Source of the DNA: Ascoidea asiatica JCM 7603
Lineage: Eukaryota; Fungi; Ascomycota
Reading direction: 5' to 3'
Length of the DNA stretch: 64,000 nt
NCBI GenBank assembly: GCA_001600695.1
Contig: BCKQ01000004.1
Location: 101,421-165,420, forward strand
The notes under the pieces were generated by a model. That model had not been told where the DNA came from and did no database searches. It saw only the letters and a program-made list of their open reading frames with translations. Positions 47,206 through 56,909 of this stretch are shown here, in pieces. A program made the position numbers and the translations under genes. Numbering within the stretch: position 1 is the first letter of the stretch; the number at the start of each line of letters is the position of its first letter.

Positions 47206-47877
47206 TCAAAGCAAACTTAAAGCCTTTATAGTTCCTTCAACAATAGCAATGTGCTCAACTCTATGAACCCTATTTTCATAATCTGCTAGTGATTCTCCAA
47301 CAATGAGATCTATTTCTTTAACCAAAAGAGGCTTTCCTCTATCTACTTCCTGTATTACATTATGAATCATAACACCGCCTTTTGTAATTAAACCATCTTG
47401 GCCTGCCTTCCAGCATCTGTCAATAGCATGCGTTCCATCGAAAGCACCTGGTAGAGCTGGATGCAAATTAATGATAGGAATCTTAGCTTTTTCTAATGGG
47501 GATAAAAAACTGGAGGAAAGTATGAGCATCCATCCTGCGCACACAATCAAATCAGGTCTTGAATAGCCTTCAATTGGAGATTCTGCTTTTGTAGAACCAT
47601 ACAAAATTAAATTTGCTAAATCATGGTTGAACCTTTCTCTGGAAGCTCGTCTTCCAGCTTTATCTTCCTTTGGAATGTTAACATAGTAATCCTTCAATTT
47701 GTGAACTTTTGAATGGATTCCAGACTTGGAAGCCCTTTCCAATCCAAAAGCCTTGGGAGAAGAACTAATAACCTCAGTTATATCTGCTTTGATATCACCT
47801 TTATTAGCCGCATCTATTAAAGCTTGCAAATTGGAACCATTTCCAGAGATCAAAACAGTTATATTTGGTAATGACAT
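47206..47877 (-). CDS. ADE8: Phosphoribosylglycinamide formyltransferase
   Basis: VLISGNGSNLQALID, CAGWMLIL, INLHPALPGAFDG, VDRGKP. Confidence 0.96.
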   Translation of the reverse strand: MSLPNITVLISGNGSNLQALIDAANKGDIKADITEVISSSPKAFGLERASKSGIHSKVHKLKDYYVNIPKEDKAGRRASRERFNHDLANLILYGSTKAESPIEGYSRPDLIVCAGWMLILSSSFLSPLEKAKIPIINLHPALPGAFDGTHAIDRCWKAGQDGLITKGGVMIHNVIQEVDRGKPLLVKEIDLIVGESLADYENRVHRVEHIAIVEGTIKALSLL

Positions 47878-48055
47878 ACTTGAAAAAAGTGTTAATAAAT
47901 CCTAGAGATAATTAATCAATAAGAACGATGATCATTGTTCTCCATTTTCCTTTTAAAATTAAGAGTTATAGTGTTTTTTTCATCATAATAATCTCTTCAG
48001 GAAATTTTATTTCGGTCTCACAGATTTTACTATTAAAGTTTGATTGGTGGTTAGG

Positions 48056-48064
48056 TTAGGGCTA
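48056..48064. promoter_or_regulatory. Tbf1-type site in the ADE8/ALG6 divergent promoter
   Basis: TTAGGGCTA, plus AGGGCT at ~48090. Confidence 0.5.
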
Positions 48065-48361
48065 TTTAATTTAAGAATTACTACAGGAAAGGGCTCTAAC
48101 GGCCGATGTTATTTTTATTGACAAAACTCTTCTGCAAAACCATCTTTCGTCATTGAAAGAATTAGTTTGAACCTTTTTTTTTTTTCTATTCTCTGGTCAA
48201 TTGATACGTATTTATCTAAAATTTTGAATTTGCTTTTTTCTTAAATATTTGATGGATGCTTAACAGCTAGTTAAATTTTAGTTTCTAGCCAATAATATAG
48301 ATTAACTAATATTCAACTTTACTTTTCATTGCTCCACAATCTCAAAATTTCAATACTAATA

Positions 48362-50038
48362 ATGATAAATAACAAGAAAATAAAGAAAAAGAAGCTAAAA
48401 AGTTCAATTATAAATTTGGATCAGAAGAAACAAGTATCTTTGTCTGCAAATTCAGTATTTTGTAATTCTCCATGTTATGAGTTTTTCTCTCTTTTCAAAT
48501 CAGTGCAGAATCAATGGGTTATAAAATATATTGTGATAATTTTCGCAATACTAATTAGAAGTGCAGTTGCCTTAGGTTTTTACAGTGGTTTAAATACACC
48601 ACCAATGTTTGGTGATTTTGAGGCTCAGAGACATTGGTTAGATATGACTGTGAATATTCCAATTTCAAAATGGTATTATTATAATCTAGATTATTGGGGT
48701 CTCGATTATCCCCCATTAACTGCTTATCATTCTTATATTTTAGGTTTAGTTGGAAAATGTTTGTATCCAAAATGGTTTCAACTAGATATAACCAATGGAA
48801 TTGAAAATAATGATTTGAAATCTTTTATGAGGTTCAGTGTATTGTCATTTGATATTTTAGTATATTTTCTTAGTGTTTTATTATACTTAAATTTTTTCTT
48901 TAGAACTGATAAAAAAAATTCAACAAAAAGATCTCAAGATTTGAAAAGCATTGTACCATTGAAAAAAGAAATATCTCTAATTTTAATATTATTTCAACCT
49001 AGTTTGATTTTAATTGATCATGGTCATTTTCAATATAATAATATTATGCTTGGATTGGTTTTATTATCAATAGTATGTCTCTTAAATGATCACCTTTGCT
49101 TTGGTTCATTTTTTTTTATTTTGGCAATTACATTCAAACAAATGGCATTATATTATTCCCCTTTCATTTTTTTTTATATTTTGTCATTAACTTTCAATCC
49201 CTTTCAATCTAGATTAAAAATCATCAAATTATTTGGAGTAGCTTTAACTGTAATATTTACCTTAATTGCTGTATATTTGCCGTTAATTTTATCTAATTCT
49301 TCTCTATTAGATGGACTTCTAGTGGTTAAACAATCTCTTATACGAACATTTCCTTTTGAAAGAGGATTGTTTGAAGATAAAGTAGCTAATTTTTGGTGTG
49401 TTACAAATATTTTAATAAAATATAAATCTTTATTCACTTTGGAACAATTGAAAACATTTTCGTTAGCTCTTACACTCTTATCAATTTTGCCAAGCTGTCT
49501 ATTAATATATTTTTATCCTAGAAAAATAATTTTGCTTGGAGGTTTTGCTTCATGTGCATGGGGCTTTTTCTTTTTCTCATTTCAAGTTCATGAAAAAACA
49601 GTATTATTACCATTACTACCAACTACATTACTTTTAACTAATATAAATGATAATGAAATTTTTAAAATGGTTAACTGGATAAATAATATTGCTTTATTTA
49701 GTTTATGGCCTTTACTAAAAAGGGATGGTTTAGGACTTCAATATTTTGTTATGGGCTTTTTCTGTAATTGGTTATTTGGTAATTTGAAAATTAAAACTTT
49801 AGTACACTCTTTTAAATTATTGGGAAAAAATTTTTTTACAAAACAATGGATCCTTAATATAGTTATTATATCATCTTCACTAGTAGCTTTGTTATTACAT
49901 TTAATTGAATTTGTTATGATGCCACCAAAAAATTTACCAGACTTATGGGTAATAGGGAATATTACACTAAGCTTTATGTGTTTCATATTTTTTTGGATAT
50001 GGCTTAATCTAAGCTTAATGAAAATGAGAAACGAATGA
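48362..50038 (+). CDS. ALG6: Dol-P-Glc:Man9GlcNAc2-PP-Dol alpha-1,3-glucosyltransferase
   Basis: First ATG at 48362; PPMFGDFEAQRHW, YWGLDYPPLTAYHS, IDHGHFQYN, FPFERGLFEDKVANFW, FSFQVHEK. Confidence 0.95.
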   Translation: MINNKKIKKKKLKSSIINLDQKKQVSLSANSVFCNSPCYEFFSLFKSVQNQWVIKYIVIIFAILIRSAVALGFYSGLNTPPMFGDFEAQRHWLDMTVNIPISKWYYYNLDYWGLDYPPLTAYHSYILGLVGKCLYPKWFQLDITNGIENNDLKSFMRFSVLSFDILVYFLSVLLYLNFFFRTDKKNSTKRSQDLKSIVPLKKEISLILILFQPSLILIDHGHFQYNNIMLGLVLLSIVCLLNDHLCFGSFFFILAITFKQMALYYSPFIFFYILSLTFNPFQSRLKIIKLFGVALTVIFTLIAVYLPLILSNSSLLDGLLVVKQSLIRTFPFERGLFEDKVANFWCVTNILIKYKSLFTLEQLKTFSLALTLLSILPSCLLIYFYPRKIILLGGFASCAWGFFFFSFQVHEKTVLLPLLPTTLLLTNINDNEIFKMVNWINNIALFSLWPLLKRDGLGLQYFVMGFFCNWLFGNLKIKTLVHSFKLLGKNFFTKQWILNIVIISSSLVALLLHLIEFVMMPPKNLPDLWVIGNITLSFMCFIFFWIWLNLSLMKMRNE

Positions 50039-50166
50039 TTGTGGAAAAAGTAGAAATCTTTTTTTTTTTAATTTTGTCTATATACTATTACGTTATATTG
50101 ATATTATACTCTAAATGCAAGAAAATTAGGAGAGAAAATAGTTAAGACTGAAAAAAAAATATGTAA

Positions 50167-51653
50167 CTAATTATTAGTTGATTCATAGTGTTTAACTCTT
50201 TGCAAAATTACACGAATCATTTCATTTCCAACTTTATTTGCTTCAATAAAATTTTCTCTGAAGAAATTTTGGGTTTTTTCAAATTCTTTTTGATAAGATT
50301 TGAAATCTTTATTTCTAACAATTTTACTCCAACTTCTAGCAGCAATAACAAATTCTAAATCGTCATGTCTGAAAGAAGTATCATCAACAGCTACAGAAAT
50401 GCATTCTTCAAGTAGTCCTGGTGTTGAAAATAGATATTCAGTAACACCTAAAAAAATTCTAAATAAAGGAGTTGAACAAATAATATGATCATACGGGAAT
50501 ATACCTAATTGTGACCAAGAATCAACGATTGCAAGTAAAGATAAATGGGAATTTGCTTTTTTTGGTCCTGGAGGAATTTTTGATAAAGAATATTGATCTA
50601 ATAATTGGTCATCAAGTAATAAATTTTTTTGTTTATTTGAATTAATTATATGACCAAAAATTTTTTGTCTTGCATTAATCAAACGATCAAATAAAAGCTT
50701 TTTATTACCTTGAATCATTAAAGTAAATAAATCTGTTACAGAAGTTGCATATTGTAAAATTTGATTATGAGCTGATTGATTTGTTATTGCTAAACCAGCA
50801 TAAACATGCCATTTATTTGAATAAATTCTCATTGAAATATTAATTTTAGCATTTTCAATACCACCAACCCATTTTTGAGTTAACCATGGATATAATTTAA
50901 TATTTTTCCAAGCAGTACCCATACTCAAAAAAGCAGCATGGGTTACAGCTTGAGTATCAGCGGTAATTTTATCATGATCATTAGCAGATAAATAAACAAT
51001 TTTTGAATTTAAACAAGATATTAATGATTTAATAAAATTCAAATCATTTTTATTTGATTTATGATTAATTATAACTAGAGGTTGACCAGTTGAATCAACT
51101 TTTGGACCATGTAAAGAATGTAAAGAAATGATTTTAGTATCATTTGGTAAATATTTTTCAAAAGCATTTATTTCAGGAGCTTTGCAAGAAGTCTGACCGC
51201 CAACAATTGAACCAACTTTTGTTGAAGGACCATAAAGTTTAACAATACTATCGATATTTTCAGCTTCAACAGAATATATAACGTAATCCGAAATTCTTGA
51301 AACTAAAAAACCATTTTCAAGAAATTTGAATTTTTCATTTGAATAAAAATCTTTTAAAGAGTCATATTTATCAGGTCTATCGCATCCTACTACACTTAAT
51401 TGTTAAAAGCCAAAAAAATAAAAAAAAAAAAGAAAAGAAGAATAATAGAAGTTAGAAAGAAGTTTATAACTATGATTTATTGATTTGATCAAAATACAAG
51501 AAGTATATGAAACTAAACATACTTCCAACCATTTTCGGAGAACTTTCGGGCATATAAATAACCCATATCACCAAGGCCAATTATTCCAATTGTTTTTACT
51601 TTCTTCAAAATATCCATAGTCTCCATAGTCTCCATAGTATCAACCATATCCAT
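50167..51653 (-). CDS. TYR1: Prephenate dehydrogenase; exons 51653-51523 and 51394-50167 (452 aa)
   Basis: Spliced ...KTIGIIGLGDMG...GWN|VVGCDR...GGQTSCKAPE...HDKITADTQAVTHAAF; 128-nt intron with GTATGT/TTCTAAC/AAG. Confidence 0.93.
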
Positions 51654-51829
51654 AATTGAAAAGGTTATTTAAAAAAAGACATTTATTTGATTTATATCTT
51701 TATTTTGATATTTTTCAATGTTCAATCTTTCTTCAGTATTTATATTTTATCTTCAATTTTATGTCTTAACTGACAAACTCAAAAATAAAATTATTTTATC
51801 ACGGGTACTTACGTAATAATATATTTAAT

Positions 51830-52100
51830 AGCCACATGCACCATCCACATCTTTTCCCTCCTGCCTTTGTTCAGCCACCTAAATACGCCACGTTAATCCG
51901 CCTTTGAAGTTCAGAGCCTGCCCCAACCCCAGTCTGATTTTGTTTCTTTTCTTTTCTATTCTTTTCTTTTTCCTGCTTTGCTTGATTGAATCTGATTTAG
52001 TTTAGCTTTGCTTTCCTTTGATTTGGGTTGGGCTGGGTTGGTTTGATTGATTTGGGTGTGGGCTCACTTCAGTCCTCGAGATCTCTTTCCGGCACAGTAA
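51830..52100. promoter_or_regulatory. GC-rich promoter island between divergent TYR1 and ATG33-like genes
   Basis: C-rich left half (GCCAC, CCCCAACCCC) and G-rich right half (TTGGGTTGGGCTGGGTTGG). Confidence 0.55.
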
Positions 52101-52286
52101 TAACTATGAATTACTGTGCTCTAATCGCTATCACAAATCAAAGCAACGAAATATCAATTTACTGCTTCCATAAAAGTTATAATTATAATATTATTAATAC
52201 TGTATTATAATTAATTGTATCATAATTAACAAATTTCAGTTAATAAATTTGACATAAAAATCAATTCATAAGTTATTAATTACAAA

Positions 52287-53030
52287 ATGGGTTCTTGTCT
52301 TAAAATAACTAAACTTATTGGTATTGGGTCTTTAGGAATTTTAGCTGGTTCATTTTCATATCCTTTATTTTCTAAAGATATTTTTTCAAATGATCTAAAA
52401 GATTTAATTATATTAAAAAAAAAATTAAATCCTATTATTTCAGTTTTTCAAAAATTAATATTATCGTTAGGCTTTTCTGCTGCTTCATTATTTGCTCTTG
52501 CTTTTTTTAAAGCTCCAAATTTTGCTCGTCATCCTTATCTTTTATACACTTCAATCTCAACTCAATTAGCTTTAGCTTTTTATTATTTGAAAACTAAACC
52601 AATTGAAGATAAATTATTGAAGAATTTCTATTCTATTAATTCCATTCCTTTAAATAACTCAAATACTTCAATTAAAAAGAAAACTCCTAAATCTATTAAA
52701 AAAAATATTATAAATAATGAAGAACCTTCAGATTTAGATAAATCAGGATTTTTAAATTTAAAGCCTACTGAAGTTTCTGAAATTGATTATTCATCTGAAA
52801 ATCAAAATCAAAATATACAATCTACTACCGAGAATAACAATAACAATAATATTGATAAAGATGATGATAATGATAAAATTCAAGTTGAAAATGAAATTAA
52901 TAATTCAATTTATAAAGCTTCAACAAAACTATCTTTAAAATCTCTTAAAACTTCTTATATCACATTGACTTCTATTATCTCTTTTGCTTTAACAATATCA
53001 ATAATTGGAATTTCTGGTGACAAAAGTTAA
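52287..53030 (+). CDS. ATG33: Mitochondrial outer-membrane Atg33/Scm4-family protein
   Basis: N-terminal CLKITKLIGIGSLGILAG, RHPYLLY motif, C-terminal TM ending IIGISGD. Confidence 0.8.
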   Translation: MGSCLKITKLIGIGSLGILAGSFSYPLFSKDIFSNDLKDLIILKKKLNPIISVFQKLILSLGFSAASLFALAFFKAPNFARHPYLLYTSISTQLALAFYYLKTKPIEDKLLKNFYSINSIPLNNSNTSIKKKTPKSIKKNIINNEEPSDLDKSGFLNLKPTEVSEIDYSSENQNQNIQSTTENNNNNNIDKDDDNDKIQVENEINNSIYKASTKLSLKSLKTSYITLTSIISFALTISIIGISGDKS

Positions 53031-53120
53031 ACATTTTAATAATATATATATAAATATAAATACATATAATTAACTAATAAATTAATCAAATTCTCAAAAA
53101 GAAATACTTAATGTAATGTA

Positions 53121-53879
53121 TTATCCAGAAATATCTGTTTGAACATTAAATGTAACTTGTCCAAATTTACCAATTTCAAATGTAACTGATGAATCAATTG
53201 CAAGACTTGATAAAATACCTCGAATTATACCACTTGGTATCCATATATAACTTTTAATTTTATTCTTAGTTTTTATTTCATTTTCTTCATTATTATTTCT
53301 AAAAAAACTTGTTGACATATTATTAATCATTTGAAATTTATTATCAATTAAAACAAATGTACCTCTATGATTAGTTCTTAAATTATCCATTTGTTTACCA
53401 TATAAAACTCTCCAAACATCTCTACAAATAAATTTCATAATATTTAAAATATCTAAATTATTACCATTATTACCATTACCTTTCGAAATCAAATTTAAAT
53501 TATTATTATTAATTTGAAAATTTAAAAGTTCTCCCAATCTAATTCCAATTGAAAATCCATAATTTTCAATTCTAAAAATTACATTTTCATTATTGATATC
53601 TTCGCTTTCTAGTACTTCAATACCTCCATGATGATTTATAATATCTTCTAAAATTTGTCTTTTATTTTCTTTTCCTTCTTTTATTTCTTTTACTTCTTTT
53701 CCTGGACTTATTGGTAATTGTTTATTGTTTTTATTATTTGAACTTGTAAATGTAGAAGAATATTCAACTTCTTTATTAAGTTTTTGTGTTATTCTAATTG
53801 ACAATGGAACAATTTCAAGTAGAAGTAATTCCAAACACGTAGAGTTAACTTGATTTTCTCCAGATGATGACAAACTCAT
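53121..53879 (-). CDS. TRS33: TRAPP complex subunit Trs33
   Basis: RIENYGFSIG, LDILNIMKFICRDVW..LYGKQMDNLRTNHRGTFVL, PSGIIRGIL. Confidence 0.92.
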   Translation of the reverse strand: MSLSSSGENQVNSTCLELLLLEIVPLSIRITQKLNKEVEYSSTFTSSNNKNNKQLPISPGKEVKEIKEGKENKRQILEDIINHHGGIEVLESEDINNENVIFRIENYGFSIGIRLGELLNFQINNNNLNLISKGNGNNGNNLDILNIMKFICRDVWRVLYGKQMDNLRTNHRGTFVLIDNKFQMINNMSTSFFRNNNEENEIKTKNKIKSYIWIPSGIIRGILSSLAIDSSVTFEIGKFGQVTFNVQTDISG

Positions 53880-54303
53880 TCCTTTTTTATTCTTTTTTTA
53901 TTTTTTTTTATGTCTTTTTCTTATTATTATATACTATTCAATCATTTATTTAAATTATATATTTGATATAATAATTTATAATTCTTTGATGAAATAAACC
54001 CTTGAACAACTGATAAAAAAGTTAACTGTTACCGTAACATTCAATAACTTAATTTCATTACGTTTACGGAATAAATAAAATATTACGTAAAACTTTTATT
54101 TTCAACCGGGAACTAAAATATTCTCGATAAAGCTAGATTGATTTTGAAGGTTTTATTGAATTTTGATTTCTCATAATTTTTTTTCTAAAACTTCAAATTT
54201 CAATAACTAAAATTAAGAATATCAATAACTTTATTTGTTATTTGAATACTTCTAAAAACCACTGAATATAAATTTATCCCTTTTGTATATATTTAAAAAT
54301 TTA

Positions 54304-56397
54304 ATGTTCAAGTGTTTAATAAAAGAAACTGCTGCCTTATTGTTTCTTAAAGGAAATGGTCCAGCGTATACTCAAAGATTAAATTTAATTTCTCATCCAA
54401 TTATTTTAAATTCTACTATTACAAATATTAGATTTAAATCATCAAACTCTAATATCTCAAAATCATCTCAAGGGAATTCCAATATTATTGAAAATCAAAG
54501 ACAAATATCTATTCCATCTTTTATATCCGTGGCTAATTTGGCAAATTTATTAAATGTTAGATTAGAACATTTGATTAAAAAATTAAAGCAGCTTGGTTTC
54601 ACTGAAAGTCAGGCAAGATACAATTATATCCTAGATAAAGAAACATCAGAATTAATTGCAGATGATTATGGATTCTCTACTATTGAATCTTCTGAAAATG
54701 GTTCAGGCTCAAACTTAAAACCAAAAGCAAATATAGAGATTGTCAACTCAAGTCTATTAAAGCCTAGACCTCCAATTGTTACAATTATGGGACATGTTGA
54801 TCATGGTAAAACAACAATTCTTGATTATTTAAGAAAATCTTCCATTGTGGAGAAAGAATTTGGTGGAATAACTCAACATATTGGTGCCTTTTCGGTAAAA
54901 GCACCTAAATCTGGAAAAATGATAACTTTTCTTGATACTCCAGGTCATGCAGCTTTTTTAAAAATGAGAGAAAGAGGTGCAAATATAACTGATATTGCAA
55001 TTTTAGTTGTTGCTGCAAATGATTCTGTAATGCCACAAACTAAAGAAGCTATAAAACATTGTAAAAATGCTGGTGCTAGTATAATAGTAGCTATAAATAA
55101 ATGTGATAGATCTGATGCAAATCCTGAAAAAGTAATTCAAGATTTGGCTTCAGCTGATGTCGACGTTGAAGATTATGGTGGAGATACTCAAGTCGTTAAA
55201 GTATCTGGGTTGACTGGATTAAACATGGATAAATTAGAAGAGGCTATTATTGTATTGGCAGAAACGATGGACTTGAAAGCTGAATTTAGTGGTGTTCCAA
55301 CAGAAGCTAATGTTATAGAATCTCAAGTTAAAAAAGGGCTAGGAAGTGTTGCTACTGTAGTTGTCACGCGTGGTACTTTGAAAAAGGGGTCTTTTATAGC
55401 CGCAGGCCCAACCTGGTGTAAAATCAAAACATTGAGAAATGAATTTGGAAAATCAGTAAAATTTGCAACTCCATCCATGCCTGTAGAAATAACTGGTTGG
55501 AAGGAATTACCTGAGGCTGGTGATCATTGCATTGAAACAAAAACTGAATCTTTGGCTAAAGATATGGCTCATAAAAAGTTACTTATAAAAGAAATATCTA
55601 AAGAGCAGAAAGTTATTCAAGAAACCAATGAAAAAATATTTAATGAAATGAAAGAAGCTGAGGCCTTAAAAGCAAAAGAGAAGAATATTGAACGTCTCAA
55701 AAAGTTAGGCTTAGATCAAGCATTACTTAGTGAAGAACTAAAAGAAAAAGAAGAAATTAAAGCAAAGATAATATCTTTTATTGTTAAAGCTGATGTGAGT
55801 GGTTCTCAGGAAGCAGTAACCGAAAGTATCTCCGGTTTAGGAAATGAAGAAGTTAAGTCTGCGGTGTTGTATAGCGAAGTTGGGCCACCAAATGAAACTG
55901 ATTTAGATAGAGCTCAAACTTCTGGATCCCAAATACTTTGTTTTAATGTGCCTATACCTAAAAATATATACAACCAGGCTTATAAAATGGGTGTGAAACT
56001 AATTGAACATAATGTTATATATCATCTTATTGAAGATGTTACAAAAACATTATCGTCCCATTTGAAACCTGTTTTAGAAACAAAAGTTACCGCGGCTGCA
56101 ACAGTAATAAATATATTCTCAATTACTGTTAAAAAGAATAAAACTAAAAAATCTGTAAAGGTTGCTGGCTGTAAAGTTGAAAATGGTATAATCAAAAGAA
56201 ACTCACCTATTAGAGTGCGAAGAGGAGAAGAAATATTATTTAAAGGTACATTAAACACCTTGAAGCATATGAAGGATGATACTGAAGAAGTCCGTAAAGG
56301 TAATGACTGTGGTTTATCTATAAGAGATTGGGATGAATTCAAAGAAGGAGATATTATAGAAGTTTACGAAGATAAAGAAATTCCCAGATTTCTTTAA
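54304..56397 (+). CDS. IFM1: Mitochondrial translation initiation factor IF2
   Basis: First ATG at 54304; RPPIVTIMGHVDHGKTT, FLDTPGHAAF, NKCD, KADVSGS. Confidence 0.95.
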   Translation: MFKCLIKETAALLFLKGNGPAYTQRLNLISHPIILNSTITNIRFKSSNSNISKSSQGNSNIIENQRQISIPSFISVANLANLLNVRLEHLIKKLKQLGFTESQARYNYILDKETSELIADDYGFSTIESSENGSGSNLKPKANIEIVNSSLLKPRPPIVTIMGHVDHGKTTILDYLRKSSIVEKEFGGITQHIGAFSVKAPKSGKMITFLDTPGHAAFLKMRERGANITDIAILVVAANDSVMPQTKEAIKHCKNAGASIIVAINKCDRSDANPEKVIQDLASADVDVEDYGGDTQVVKVSGLTGLNMDKLEEAIIVLAETMDLKAEFSGVPTEANVIESQVKKGLGSVATVVVTRGTLKKGSFIAAGPTWCKIKTLRNEFGKSVKFATPSMPVEITGWKELPEAGDHCIETKTESLAKDMAHKKLLIKEISKEQKVIQETNEKIFNEMKEAEALKAKEKNIERLKKLGLDQALLSEELKEKEEIKAKIISFIVKADVSGSQEAVTESISGLGNEEVKSAVLYSEVGPPNETDLDRAQTSGSQILCFNVPIPKNIYNQAYKMGVKLIEHNVIYHLIEDVTKTLSSHLKPVLETKVTAAATVINIFSITVKKNKTKKSVKVAGCKVENGIIKRNSPIRVRRGEEILFKGTLNTLKHMKDDTEEVRKGNDCGLSIRDWDEFKEGDIIEVYEDKEIPRFL

Positions 56398-56909
56398 TTG
56401 TTGATTTGATTTTGTTTGTAGATAATGTAAATAGTAATTTTTCTGTAAATATAAAATTGCATATGGAGAAGTTTTTAAATCCTCCTGAAACTAATTTTGT
56501 ATAAAAACAAGACTGAAATTCAAAATTATATTTAAATAATGTACAATAAATTATAAAAAAAAGAAATAAAATGCGTTTCAATTTTGTAGAAAAGTTTATG
56601 AAGTTTAAAATTTTGATCGCAGTGAATAACTATTTTATTTTGAGTTTTTACCATAGACTTATTAATACTGCGAAAAATCACAAAATATTTTAGAAATTTA
56701 TATCCAAATCATGTTTTTTAATTTTCCATTAATAAACAAATCCCTTAATAATAACAAATTAGGGGACAAGAAAAACAAAAACAAAAATCTCCTAGACTTT
56801 CAATATAATCATCACTTAAAAGAGTATTTGAAGCTAATTATCTCTTTTGAAGTATTGCTGAAAATCTTTCTTATAAATTTCAAAAAAAATTAGTAGAAAT
56901 ATAAGAAAA

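Noticed and set aside
47920-48350. snoRNA near the Tbf1-like site between ADE8 and ALG6
   Set aside because: The minus-strand ATGATGA has no downstream CTGA, and the plus-strand H/ACA-like boxes lack a credible second hairpin
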